A stretch of 64,000 bases of DNA from Macrostomum lignano (taxonomy: Eukaryota), in contig NIVC01001036.1 in NCBI GenBank assembly GCA_002269645.1, positions 124,001 to 188,000 on the forward strand, given 5' to 3'. The first letter of the stretch is position 1. Every line of letters begins with the position of its first letter. A program made the translations under genes and the position numbers. The notes beneath the pieces are model-generated. The model was not told where the DNA came from. It did no database searches and saw only the letters and a program-made list of their open reading frames with translations. Shown here piece by piece: positions 42,008 through 54,359 of the stretch.

Positions 42008-42479
42008 TGCGGCTTCTTATCTTGGTTGGTTGGTGTCTTTTGCTCCTCGTCTGCTTTGCCGGAGGCTGATGAAAAACCCGCGCTAGAGAAGCCGCTTCTC
42101 TTCCTCTGTTGCTTTTTTTACTCGGACAGAGAAGCAAAAAAGGCGGTCGATTGAAGCTCGAAAAGAGGGCGGATGTTGTTGCTTGGATCCGAAGAAAGAA
42201 AATCGCGACTGAGTAGCTGATTGATGCGAATCCTTCCGCTTGCTGTTTACTTCTAGTTCAGTTTCTGCTTCTAGCGCGGGCGACCAGGTAAGAGACGACG
42301 CCAAGGAGAGGAGATGATGAAGAAGGACGGTAGGTGGCGGTGGCGCCGGCTGCAGCAACGGGGAAAAATAGCTCCGCCACCGGGCCGGGGAAAAGAACAG
42401 ACGGAACGGAACGATGCGTCCGCGATGTCCAGAAGGATTGGCAGGGGAAGAGCCGCCGGATAGACGGACTGCGCGTTCG

Positions 42480-42526
<47 letters not shown>

Positions 42527-44724
42527 TCTTTACCGTCAAAAAGGCGAGCGTCTAAGCCTCCGCGAATGGCTGCTGGTGGTGGTCTGTCGAATTTTCGAAT
42601 TGCGCGCGCGCTCGCAGGGCGGGGGTAGAAGGTAAAGTATTAGCCGCTGCCCCCCGAGTGGTTCGCCAGGGGAAGGGGGTTGGGAAAGAAAATGACGGAG
42701 AGGGGATATTAGAGAGGGAAGCTTGAAGAGTTTGTGCGCACTCGGTTCGGCAACGCTGTACACTAAGCTGTAAGCTGGATGCTTCCTCTCGGATTCGGTC
42801 GAAGCTTGTCTAGGCAAAGCGGCTGTTGCTTTTTCTCCTTCTGCTGCTGCTGCCGCTGCTAGTTATGCCTGTTTCCTTTAGTGCTTTTCAGACTTTCTGG
42901 CCCCCCTCCTATCTGTGTTTGGGACAAGGGCTAGCTCGCGGGAGACGGCGGGCAGAAGCGGAGTGTGGGGATTTTTTACAGTTTCGCTGGGCAGCCGCGG
43001 AGGCTGGGGCGGCTCTGGGCGCCGAATGGCATTTTTCTGCGCTCTCAGGCAAGACAGAAAATAGGATGAAGGAAGGATTTCTTGGGAACAGGAGGAGGAG
43101 GAACTATTCGAGTGCTAAATTTAGTCTCAAGACTGCGTGTTTCTCCTCTTGTGTGCAGAGATTTCTTGGCCCGGATTGAGGGAAGAGAGGAAAGGGAGAC
43201 GATGAGGCAAGGATATTCTGGCTGGGAGGCTGGAGAGCTTCGATCGGAGGAGGGGCGCCACTTGCTCGATCTTGCTCGCTCGGTCAGGTGAAGCCTTGAG
43301 CAGTCGGTGCTCTAAGGTGAGGACTCTGAGCTGATCCTGCTCTTCTTCTCTGCCGTCTTACAGAGCGGATTAGCAGCTGAATCGCTTTCCAGCCAATCCT
43401 TTTCGTAGCCGACGCTGACAGCTATCTTCTTCTTCTTCTATCTTCTTCTTTTGCTGCTTCTTCCGCTTCGAGAGTGTTGAATAGTGATGATAATAGCATG
43501 GCCTGCAGCTGCTGAGGGCTGCGCCCACTGAGTATATAAAACCGTCACGTATAGGAGCGGAGAGAGAGAAGAGGGGAGAGGGGAGCAGGGTAAGTCTGGG
43601 AGGGGGGGCTGCTAGGGAGTCCTGAGTCCAACAATATCCCCTCGTGTGGGAGCGGCAGGCACGGCCGATTTCATTTAGCAATGTAAGGGGAAGACAGAGG
43701 ATAGAAGCATACTGAGCCTGGGGATCTCACCTCTCTTTCTTTCTTCCTCTCGCCGATTCAGCTAACACACAATGTACAATTGATCCAGTGGCATAGAAGC
43801 AGCAGACACTGCACAATGCTGCCCAATACTCATGGCCCACGGCTTGGCTTGTTTAGCTGAATCCAGCCTCACTGCTTGTTTGTGTTTTTTGATTTATATC
43901 AACTCGCAAGATTCAGCTAGAGATTATATCTGTGTCCAGTGGCGCTGAAGTTTATGCAGAATGAAACAATGCAGCAACATTCTTGTTTGGTTACAGCGGA
44001 AACCCCACCAATGTAGTTGATCCTGTCCAGATTCTAGACTTAGAAGTCCTTGGTTCAAGAAGGGGTGAGTCGGACTAGCAGTCCAGCGCACACTAATCTC
44101 CTGTTATTCACTTTCTAACGATGAGTCACAGTGTCTGAGTAAGGAATTAAAGGGCGACGCCTCCCGCCACGACACCTCGTGCATACCCAGCTTCCCTTTT
44201 CTTCCCCATCCTTCATCCGTTCCCCATTTTCTCAATTTCCCGACCTCCCCCCCCACGGATTCGCCCTGCTCTCCTACTGGATGAAGCTCCAAGGGGCAGC
44301 GACATCGCAGGAAGCTGCCGGGCGACACGGTGGCGTGAGCAGCCAGATTTGCTCGAATCTCATATTTCTGTCCGAGACTCCGGGTGCTCAGCAAGCGAAT
44401 AATTTGAGGCGTTGGGGAAGAGGAGAGGGTTCTATATCAAATGCTGCAAAGGAAGGGAAGATCTGGGATGCTACAGAATCCAAATGGTTCATTTTTTTAT
44501 CGTGAGCGATGGAGTGGCTTGGCCATATCATATGCTGTCTGCTGGTCACGAAAGGCCGTTCTTTCTTAAGTGGTTTCTTTCAGTTTATTTAGGATATTTT
44601 TGCCCACCTCACATCTGAGGCTATAAATGCAACCGCATATTGTTGGAAGTTGGAACTGATTATTCGAAGAATGGCATTTTAGGTATAATTTACCTATGCC
44701 AATTCTGTTGTCTGTTAGGGGGGT

Positions 44725-45835
44725 CAGGAAGGGCAAGTCTCAGTTGGGGGGGAGTCAAATCGGGGAGGGCAAATCTCAGCCTGGGGGTCAAATCGGGTAG
44801 GGAAATTCTCATGTCGGGGGGGGGTCAAATCGGGGAGGGCGATTCTCATGTCGGAGGGTCAAATCTAAGAGGGTGATTCTCATGCCGGGGGGTCAAATCG
44901 AGGAGGGCGATTCTCATGCCGGGGGGTCAAATCGAGGAGGGTGATTCTCATGCCGGGAGGTCAAATCGAGGAGGGCGATTCTCATGCCGGGGGGTCAAAT
45001 CGAGGAGGGCGATTCTCATGATGGGGGGTCAAATCGGGGAGGGAAAGTCTCAGGCCGGGGGGGGTTAAATCGGGGAGGGCAATTCTCATGCCGGGGGGGT
45101 CAAATCGGGGAGGGCAATTCTCATGCCGGCGGGGGGTCAAATCGGGGAGGGAAAGTCTCAGGCCGGGAGGGTCAAATCGGGGAGGGCAATTCTCATGCCG
45201 GCGGGGGGGTCAAATCGGGGAGGGCAATTCTCATGCCGGCGGGGGGTCAAATCGGGGAGGGAAAGTCTCAGGCCGGGGGGGGGTTAAATCGGGGAGGGCA
45301 ATTCTCATGCCGGGGGGGTCAAATCGGGGAGGGCAATTCTCATGCCGGCGGGGGTCAAATCGGGGAGGGAAAGTCTCAGGCCGGGAGGGTCAAATCGGGG
45401 AGGGCAATTCTCATGCCGGCGGGGGGGTCAAATCGGGGAGGGCAATTCTCATGCCGGCGGGGGGTCAAATCGGGGAGGGAAAGTCTCAGGCCGGGAGGGT
45501 CAAATCGGGGAGGGCAATTCTCATGCCGGGGGGGGTCAAATCGGGGAGGGCAATTCTCATGCCGGCGGGGGGTCAAATCGTGGAGGGAAAGTCTCAGGCC
45601 GGGGGGGTCAAATCGGGGAGGGCAATTCTCATGCCGGCGGGGGGTCAAATCGGGAGGGAAAGTCTCAGGCCGGGAGGGTCAAATCGGGGAGGGCAATTCT
45701 CATGCCGGCGGGGGGGTCAAATCGGGGAGGGAAAGTCTCAGACCCAGGGGGGGAAAAATCGGGTGAGGAAGTTCTCATGCCGGGGGGGTCAAATCGGAGA
45801 GGGCAAGTCTCTGACCGGGGGTTTAAGTCGGGGGA
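44725..45835. repeat. ~37-nt G-rich minisatellite (GGGGTCAAATCGGGGAGGGCAATTCTCATGCCGGCG)
   Basis: Tandem periodicity; G-runs compatible with G-quadruplex. Confidence 0.95.
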
Positions 45836-47348
45836 AGGAGATGTCTCAAAAGGAGGTCAATTCAGAGGGTCGGGGAGGGCAAGTCTCAGGGGTGCTGGAC
45901 TAGACAGCCGCACTCCCGGTGCTCCAGCTTTCATTTGTACTTTTATTCAGACTATCTCTATTTATCGTTGCCCCCCCCACGCGTGAGCGCGCAACCCAGC
46001 ATAGTTAATCAAGCGGTTAATCAAGCCTAAGCGTCCGCACAGATGATAATTCCCCTTGGGTTCCCCCCCCACCCCCCCCCCCCAAGTGTGGGATGCAGAT
46101 CAGACACCAGATATATTAACAATGAGACCATGAGCTTCATTAATTATAAAGAACAATGCGCGGCAGACTGCGGTTTCAACAACAAAGGTGAAATTTCCGA
46201 CCCTACAAAGTTAACACTCGGCATACACTACTTAACTAGCACGCTAAGCAGTAGTAGTAGGGACAGACAATTATCGGCGGCTATTTGTTTCTAAGAAAAT
46301 TTTACGTAAGAAAAATATCGAACCCACCCTGCATCCTTGATCTGTGACTGGCTAACTGGCTACTGACATCATGTGATAGCCTTCCAGTGCGTCAGCTGAT
46401 GTACTTTTATCCCCGGCCCGCCCGCATCGCTGGAGTTAGGGGATTTGGAAAAGCAGAAAAATCCCCTCAATACGAAAAAGAGGGAAAAATAACACTTGGC
46501 AATGGAATCGACTTGTTTATCATCTACCGAACTTCGAATAGGCGAGCGAAACCCAAGAAGTTTGCGACTCTCAAGCTTGATTAAGTCAATCATTTTGCTC
46601 CCCGATCATCCCACAAAGTGCATAAATGAAATATGAAGTACAGTATGTTACTATATCAAGGTATAGGAGTAGAATTATATGTGGCTATTTTTTTATCAAT
46701 TAAGAGTTTATAACTTTACTGAGGTTTGCGTGTGAGGCTGTGCCTTCGTGCTTGCGTTTGTCATCTTATTCCTTCTAAGTCCCTATTTGGTCACATGCTC
46801 TCTGTGCATGCGGATCTGTACATTTTAACCCTTGCCCTTCAGGTGATTCGAGTTTTCATTCTAATCGATATTATATCGCTTGACCATTTATATATTAATT
46901 TTTTTTGAACAAATGCCAAATATACTTTGCTTACATGTACTTGTCCCATACATTCTCTTTCTTAGAAGAGCATGCGACCAAATAGAATGAATACAAATAG
47001 AATGAATATGAAACATGAATGGAATCGCAAGCACGAAAGCACAAAATCGCACGCAAACCTCAACACTATGTTTCTACTCTTATTAAGATTATGTTCAATA
47101 ATGTTTACTGATGCTTCTATTGCATTATAAATCTTGATTTGGTATAAGAATTCAACAGTTTTTAAGGGGGCTTTTCGGGCACTGAGAGCCGCATTCGCCT
47201 GGTGTCCAACAGCCATAGACATGTACGGCCCTCTTGTTCGTGAGTCGTGCTGCTGTTGCTGTCCGCCAGGCTCCAGGCTCAAAGAAAGCTTCAAGCAATG
47301 CGGCATGCTATCGCCATCCAGCACAAAGACATGCATGCACACAAAGAC

Positions 47349-47681
47349 CTATCTGAAGTCGCTCCTTCTAGCCGTGATTATCACCTCGGGCTGCCGCTGC
47401 TGTTGCCACATCTGCAGCAGGTGCTTTCGCTGGAACTCCTCCTGGCCGAATTCGCCGATGTGCTCCTGGCCGAACTGCTCAAGCGGGCTGTCCGAGCTGC
47501 CTCCGCATTCGCCGCCGCCGCCGTGGCAGCAGCAGGCGCACAGGTCGTAGTCAGAGCCGCTCAGCGGGATGCCGCGCCTCAGCTGGCACTCGGTGCTCTC
47601 GCCCTCCTCTGCCGCGTAGCCTTGGCAACAGGGTTCGAATAGCGCTTCCGGTTCGGCTGGACAGTCGCATGGGACTTCCGG
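47349..47681 (-). CDS. IQ locus unit A exon 10, Cys-rich (PEVPCDCPAEPEALFEPCCQG...LCACCCHGGGGECGG...); ends at TAG 47349 or splices at 47385
   Basis: Long polypyrimidine acceptor ...aattcccag| phase 0; alternative donor GAG|GTGATA at 47384. Confidence 0.75.
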   Translation of the reverse strand, partial: PEVPCDCPAEPEALFEPCCQGYAAEEGESTECQLRRGIPLSGSDYDLCACCCHGGGGECGGSSDSPLEQFGQEHIGEFGQEEFQRKHLLQMWQQQRQPEVIITARRSDFR

Positions 47682-47717
47682 CTGGGAATTGTGCAAAAAT
47701 GGAAAGTGGCAAAAGTG

Positions 47718-48105
47718 TTAAATCGATCGATACTTCGATCGACACAAATCAATAATCAATACACAAATCGATAATTAATCAATGCACAAATCGATACTCA
47801 GTGTAAAAATCGATAATAAATGCACAAATCAATACTCAATGTGCAAATCGATAATCAATGCACAAATCGATAATCAATGCACAAATCGATACTCAATGTA
47901 CAAATCGATATTCAATGTACAAATCGATAATCAATGCACCAATCGATAGTCAATGCACCAATCGATAGTCAATGCACAAATCGATAATCAATGCACCAAT
48001 CGATAGTCAATGCACCAATCGATAATCAATGCACAAATCGATAGTCAATGCACAAATCGATAATCAATGCACCAATCGATAGTCAATGCACAAATCGATA
48101 ATTCA
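47718..48105. repeat. 19-nt minisatellite (AATCGATAATCAATGCACA)
   Basis: Tandem periodicity. Confidence 0.95.
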
Positions 48106-48673
48106 ACGTACTAAATTTTATCGAAAACTATTGATTATAACGTCTGGACAGCGACGGTTGATCTCAAAATAAAATTCAGGTAAAGTACTCGTAGCTCCCT
48201 TAATGAAAAGTAAATACACGAAAGAAGAAATCAACATATAGAAACTATTCAATTGTGCTACATTTGATTATTTTATCATTTTTTAAATTGCTAACGCATT
48301 TCGTCCACAATGGAAATAATCTCTAGATTTATGTTTTTTATTTTAATTTTGAGATCCAAAACTTATTTTCCTCCTCCAATTTCGTTTGCTTTTCATTGTT
48401 TCGTTTTAAATCCAAGCTGAGTTTTTTACATCAACAAATGATTGTGTTTCAGAAATCTAAACCAGCTTTGGCAGCACCACACAAACCATAAAATCAGCTC
48501 ACCTGTTGCTCAGAATTCTGGCAGTCAGTCAGGTGCTTCCTCGTTAAATAGCCCCTGATGTGTGCTTGGATTTTAACCGCAGCGTCCTGAAAAATACAAT
48601 TTAAAAATATTCAATTTTAAGAACGTTTAAACAAAATCCGGCTGGCTCAAAAGCGGCAAAGATTAAAACTCAC

Positions 48674-51609
48674 TTTCTGCTTGCAGAAGCGGCTTCTGGC
48701 GCAGTAGCCTTTCAGGACCTTCTGAATCTCTACGGCGGCATGCTCCTCTACCTGCTGGTGCACCGGCTGACCTTCTGGTTTGGCCTCCAGCTGCTGGTGA
48801 AGGCTGTTCTGATTGAAGTGTTCAACTACTGCCTCCTCTGCCGCACTCAGGATGCTCTGCTGCGGTTCTTCATGCCTTGCATCCGGCTCGATATCCTCTA
48901 CATCTTGCTTTGCTGCCTGCTCGTCCAGCTTCCACTGCTCTTCCATCTGTTCTTCCAGCTTCCGCTGCTCTTCCATCTGCTCTTCCATCTGTTCCTCCAG
49001 CTTCCGCTGTTCTTCCATCTGTTCCTCCAGCTTCCGCTGTTCTTCCATCTGTTCCTCCAGCTTCCGCTGTTCTTCCATCTGCTCTTCCATCTGTTCCTCC
49101 AGCTTCCGCTGCTCTTCCATCTGTTCCTCCAGCTTCCGCTGTTCTTCCATCTGTTCCTCCAGCTTCCGCTGCTCTTCCATCTGTTCCTCCAGCTTCCGCT
49201 GTTCTTCCATCTGTTCTTCCAGCTTCCGCTGCTCTTCCAGCTTGCGCTGCTCTTCCATCTGTTCCTCCAGCTTCCGCTGTTCTTCCATCTGTTCCTCCAG
49301 TTTCCGCTGCTCTTCCATGTGTACCTCCAGCTTCCGCTGTTGTTCCATCTGTTCCTCCAGCTTCCGCTGTTCTTCCATCTGCTCTTCCAGCTTCCGCTGT
49401 TCTTCCATCTGCTCTTCCAGCTTCCGCTGCTCTTCCATCTGTTCCTCCAGCTTCCGTTGTTCTTCCATCTGCTCTTCCAGCTTCCGCTGCTCTTCCATCT
49501 GTTCCTCCAGCTTCCGTTGTTCTTCCATCTGCTCTTCCAGCTTCCGCTGTTCTTCCATCTGCTCTTCCAGCTTCCGCTGCTCTTCTATCTGTTCCTCCAG
49601 TTTCCGCTGCTCTTCCATCTGTACCTCCAGCTTCCGCTGTTCTTCCATCTGTTCCTCCAGCTTCCGCTGCTCTTCCATCTGTACCTCCAGTTTCCGCTGC
49701 TCTTCCATGTGTACCTCCAGCTTCCGCTGTTGTTCCATCTGTTCCTCCAGTTTCCGCTGCTCTTCCATCTGTACCTCCAGCTTCCGCTGTTCTTCCATCT
49801 GTTCCTCCAGCTTCCGCTGCTCTTCCATCTGTTCCTCCAGTTTCCGCTGCTCTTCCATGTGTACCTCCAGCTTCCGCTGTTGTTCCATCTGTTCCTCCAG
49901 CTTCCGCTGTTCTTCCATCTGTTCCTCCAGCTTCCGCTGTTCTTCCATCTGCTCTTCCACCTTCCGCTGTTCTTCCATCTGTTCCTCCAGCTTCCGCTGT
50001 TCTTCCATCTGCTCTTCCAGCTTCCGCTGCTCTTCCATCTGTTCCTCCAGCTTCCGCTGTTCTTCCATCTGTTCTCCAGCTTCCGCTGTTCTTCCATCTG
50101 TTCTCCAGCTTCCGCTGTTCTTCCATCTGTTCCTCCAGCTTCCGCTGCTTTCCATCTGTTCTCCAGCTTCCGCTGCTCTTCCATCTGCTCTCCAGCTTCC
50201 GCTGTCTTCCATCTGTTCTCCAGCTTCCGCTGTCTTCCATCTGCTCTCCAGCTTCCGCTGTCTTCCATCTGTTCCTCCAGCTTCCGCTGCTCTTCCATCT
50301 GTTCCTCCAGCTTCCGCTGTTCTTCCATCTGTTCCTCCAGCTTGCGCTGTTCTTCCATCTGCTCTTCCAGCTTCCGCTGCTCTTCTATCTGTTCCTCCAG
50401 TTTCCGCTGCTCTTCCATCTGTACCTCCAGCTTCCGCTGCTCTTCCATCTGCTCTTCCAGCTTCCGCTGTTCTTCCATCTGCTCTTCCAGCTTCCGCTGT
50501 TCTTCCATCTGCTCTTCCAGCTTACGCTGCTCTTCCATCTGCTCCTTCAGCTTTTGCTGCTCTTCCACCAGTGCTTCGACCTCTTTTTCCTGATTCTCGT
50601 GATCCTCACAAATTTTCTTTCCTTCAATCCTCAGCTCAGGTGTTACCAGCTCAGCGCATTCTTGAGTGCCTCCCTGCTCCTCAAACTTGATGAGCAGCGT
50701 ATTCCGCTCCTCGGTCACTTCTCCCGCACTGCTGAGTTCCTCGGCTGGCTCCCGCAGCTCCGTCGCAATTTCCGACATTCCTGGCTGTAGGCTGTCATCC
50801 CGAGCATCTTCGCAGCCAGTGTTAGCCTCCTCCTTGACCTGAAGCTCCTCCCTGCTGAACTTCGACCGAGCCTCAGCTTCCTCAGCCTCCAGCCGCATCA
50901 CCATTGCGTCCTCTTCCATCATCTGCTCCTCGGCTAGACGCTTCAGATCGTCGAGCGGCTGCTCCCGACCGATCAGCTGCTGCTGGCGGAGCCAACGACC
51001 GCCCCGTGACTCCGGATCGTTGAAGTCGTTGGCGATGCTGCACCGGCCGACATTTCCATCACCGCTGCTGCCTGCCGAGTTGCCGTCGTCGCCGGCATTC
51101 TGCGAACAGCTGCCGCACTCAGAGCAGGTGCTGGACACCTCGCCGCCTCCTGCACCGCCGCTGACGGCGCCAAACTCCTCTAAGGCGGGCGCGTCCACCT
51201 TCTGGAAGCTCTGCAGGCTGGGGTCGCTGCCGGCTACGGAGCCGCCGCCGCTGATTCGATCGTCGCCGCACTGCACAACCAGAACAGCGTCGCCTGTTTC
51301 CTTGGTGACGATGGCAGACGGCGCCGCCTCCGGTTCCGCGGCTGCACCGCCGTCTCCAGAGTTGTCATCGTCGCCGGTGCCGCTGAACCGCACGGCCTTG
51401 GCTGTCGCCGCGTTCAGTGACAAGCCGGTCGCCTCGGCGCTTTTCAGAGCTGCCCGCTGCTTCTGCCGAGGCTTCGGCTGCGTGTCGCTGGAGGCGGCCG
51501 CTGCGTCATGTCCGGAAGCAGAACTTGATTGCTGCTGCTGCTGCTGCTGCAGCGAAGGTCGTCTTAGACCAAGGATATTGCCGATGCCTTTGAAAAATGA
51601 CAACATTTC
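48674..51609 (-). CDS. IQ locus unit A giant exon 9: low-complexity N-part, ~53 EEQRKLEEQM helical repeats, C-terminal IQ (AAVEIQKVLKGYCARSRF)
   Basis: Acceptor ttcttag|GAA ATG, donor AAA|GTGAGT, both phase 0. ORFs 49585-51606 and 48647-50212 join once 10 single-base deletions at 50071-50270 are restored. Confidence 0.8.
48940..50540. repeat. Coding 30-nt minisatellite (10-aa repeat EEQRKLEEQM on minus strand)
   Basis: Direct. Confidence 0.96.
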
Positions 51610-52297
51610 CTAAGAATTGTGGAGTTCTCAGACACGATTCTTTCAATATCAGTTTTCTTGGTAGTCTTTCGGACAGTAAACAATAGGTGTGCCGCACAGA
51701 TTCTCTCCAGGTTGCGTGGCAGGTTGGTAGGCAGGAAAGTGAGGTAAGTCTTTGCTGCTGCTGCTGCTGCTGCTGAACGGCTTAGTAACGGCCGCGCGGT
51801 TCCCCGAGCCTCCCGTACGTAGCGCAGCGGTACGGCTGATGGACGAATAGCTTAGTCCCGGATGTACGCTGGGCAATCCCCATCAGCAATGCAGAACAGG
51901 GAAACGCGCGAATGCACATAAGAGACTTTAACAGTGTGGGAAAGATTGGAAGGTACCGAGCGGGTAGAGGGGGTGGGCAAAGTCTCGCTGTGGGATGATG
52001 ACGGCAACCGAACTGCTGCCTGCCGCTCCCGTCCTCCCCAACAACCAGCAAGAAGAATCAGCTGACCCGACAGAGAGAGAAAGAAGGAGAAAAAGGGTTA
52101 CCGAGGCCAGCCGAACCAGCACCGGTCACGAGCCGGACGCGTGACTTTGCAGTTTCTACGCGCAAGAACGAAACTGCCAAGGGATGAATTTAGAATCAAC
52201 TAATTCTCTCGGCTTAATATTGTGTCTTGGCGCAAGTATCAACTGTAAATTTGATCCAAATCTAAATTTAGTGCTACCCCCTGATTTATTGACTTAC

Positions 52298-52405
52298 ATC
52301 TTGTTGCCGCTGTTTCATCTGCTTCCGCGTCTTGTAGCCCTTGAAGCCGGCCTGGATCTTCTCGGCCGCTGCGCCGACCTCGGGATCAGTCAGGTCGATG
52401 TCAAC
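52298..52405 (-). CDS. Unit A exon 8, acidic-IQ module (VDIDLTDPEVGAAAEKIQAGFKGYKTRKQMKQRQQD)
   Basis: ccgcag| ... GAT|GTAAGT, 108 nt, phase 0-0. Confidence 0.92.
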
Positions 52406-52599
52406 CTGCGGAGGCCGAATAATAAGTGCGAATTAGGTAAATCTGGTGACCTGACGTGACCTTTTTGAAGTCATTGCAAGACTGGGTGGTGTTCAAGCAA
52501 CTCTCTACTCTTAGTAGAGCGACTAGATTGTTTTAGATTTTTGCTTTCATTTTTCGAAACCGAAAAACTATAAAAGACCCAACCTCTTTACCCTTATAT

Positions 52600-53235
52600 C
52601 GACACTATCTACTCCCATTTCTACACTATCCACTCCCAGTTCTATATTATCTACTCCCATTTCTACACTATCCACTCCCAGTTCTATATTATCTACTCCC
52701 AGTTCTACACTATCTACTCCCAGTTCTACACTTTTTACTATCAGTTCTACACTATCTACTCCCAGTTCTACACTATCTACTCCTAGTTCTACACTATCTA
52801 CTCCCATTTCTACACTATCTACTCCCAGTTCTACACTATCTACTCCCATTTCTACACTATCCACTCCCAGTTCTATATTATCTACTCCCAGTTCTACACT
52901 TTTTACTATCAGTTCTACACTATCTACTCCCAGTTCTACACTATCTACTCCTAGTTCTACACTATCTACTCCCATTTCTACACTATCTACTCCCAGTTCT
53001 ACACTATCTACTCCCAGTTCTACACTTTTTACTATCAGTTCTACACTATCTACTCCCAGTTCTACACTATCTACTCCCAGTTCTACACTATCTACTCCCA
53101 TTTCTACACTATCTACTCCCAGTTCTACACTATCTACTCCCAGTTCTACACTTTTTACTATCAGTTCTACACTATCTACTCCCAGTTCTACACTTTTTAC
53201 TATCAGTTCTACACTATCTACTCCCAGTTCTACAC
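52600..53235. repeat. 21-nt minisatellite (CTACACTATCTACTCCCAGTT) with higher-order variants
   Basis: Tandem periodicity; intronic part of ORF 52568-53515. Confidence 0.95.
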
Positions 53236-53260
53236 CAATATGTGCTCCAAGCGATCTTAC

Positions 53261-53404
53261 TTCCTCTTCATCTGCCTTGGCCTCTGATTGCTGCTTCTCA
53301 TCTTGCTGCTGCTTCATCTGCTTCCGCGTCTTGTAGCCCTTGAAACCGGCCTGGATCTTTTCGGCCGCCGCCCCAACCTCGGGGTCGGTCAGGTCGATGT
53401 CAAC
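53261..53404 (-). CDS. Unit A exon 7, acidic-IQ module (…KQQQDEKQQSEAKADEEE)
   Basis: Acceptor at 53411 or 53405 (both in frame), donor GAA|GTAAGA; phase 0-0. Confidence 0.92.
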
Positions 53405-53522
53405 CTCTGTCTGCAGTTCGTAAAGATTCGTGTTGATTTTCTCAACTCGAAAATATTTTTTTACCAAAGTTAGACACTGAAACAGTGGAGAATTTGAAAT
53501 TAGAAAAAAGATCACGCCTTAC

Positions 53523-53657
53523 GTCTGCTTCCGCTGGTTTAGTCTGCTGCTCCTGTTTCTGCTGTTTCATCTGCTTCCGCGTTTTGTAGCCCTTGAATCC
53601 GGCCTGGATTTTCTCTGCCGCCGCCCCGACCTCGGGGTCGGTCAGGTCGATGTCAAC
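53523..53657 (-). CDS. Unit A exon 6, acidic-IQ module (…KQQKQEQQTKPAEAD)
   Basis: ttctcag| ... GAC|GTAAGG, 135 nt. Confidence 0.92.
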
Positions 53658-53774
53658 CTGAGAACATGCAGTTTATGCGCGGTTAAAATTACATCTGAGG
53701 ATTAGCTACTTTAAGTAGCTTAGAAGAGACTTTTTCTAAAAGTTACATCGCTTCGAAACTAGTTCCAACTGACC

Positions 53775-54065
53775 AAGAAGAGCGTACTGCAAGAAAAGTG
53801 CATTTGAAGAAGCGTGTACTGCATGAAAAGTGCATTTGAAGAAGCGTGTACTGCAATAAGAGTGCATTTGAAGAAGCGTGTACTGCAATAAAAGTGCATT
53901 TGAAGAAGCGAGTATTAAAATAAGAGTGCATTTGAAGAAGCGTGTACTGCAATAAAAGTGCATTTGAAGAAGCGTGTACTGCAATAAAAGTGCATTTGAA
54001 GAAGCGTGTACTACAATAAAAGTGCATTTCAAGAAGCGAGTATTGATAAAAATGCATTTGCAGCA
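53775..54065. repeat. 32-nt minisatellite (GTGCATTTGAAGAAGCGTGTACTGCAATAAAA)
   Basis: Tandem periodicity. Confidence 0.94.
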
Positions 54066-54164
54066 GCGCAAAGTGAACTAAAAGTGCTTTTGATCAAGCA
54101 CGCACTATAAAAAGAGTGCACTAATAACTCTGCCAACTCATAGGCCGAGGACGGACTAGCTCAC

Positions 54165-54308
54165 CTCATCGGTCGCGTTTTCGCCAGATGGTTTTGAACT
54201 CTGTTGCTGCTGCTGTTTCATCTGCTTTCGCGTCTTGTAGCCCTTGAAGCCGGCCTGGATCTTCTCGGCAGCGGCTCCGACCTCGGGATCAGTCAGGTCG
54301 ATGTCAAC
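54165..54308 (-). CDS. Unit A exon 5, acidic-IQ module (…KQQQQQSSKPSGENATDE)
   Basis: ccgcag| ... GAG|GTGAGC, 144 nt. Confidence 0.92.
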
Positions 54309-54359
54309 CTGCGGCGGGGTCAATTATATAGTGTTTTGTTTTTGCTGAAACTCATTATA

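Noticed and set aside
44984-45986. Gly-rich ORFs
   Set aside because: G-rich minisatellite with frequent indels
46962-47348. Further unit A exon after 47385
   Set aside because: Would need a 36-nt intron and runs into AT-rich UTR-like sequence
48740-50790. Plus-strand 617-637 aa ORFs
   Set aside because: Antisense shadows of the coding 30-nt repeat
52568-53260. ELGVDSV extension of ORF 52568-53515
   Set aside because: Lies beyond the GAA|GTAAGA donor in an intronic 21-nt array; intron retention cannot be excluded but is unsupported
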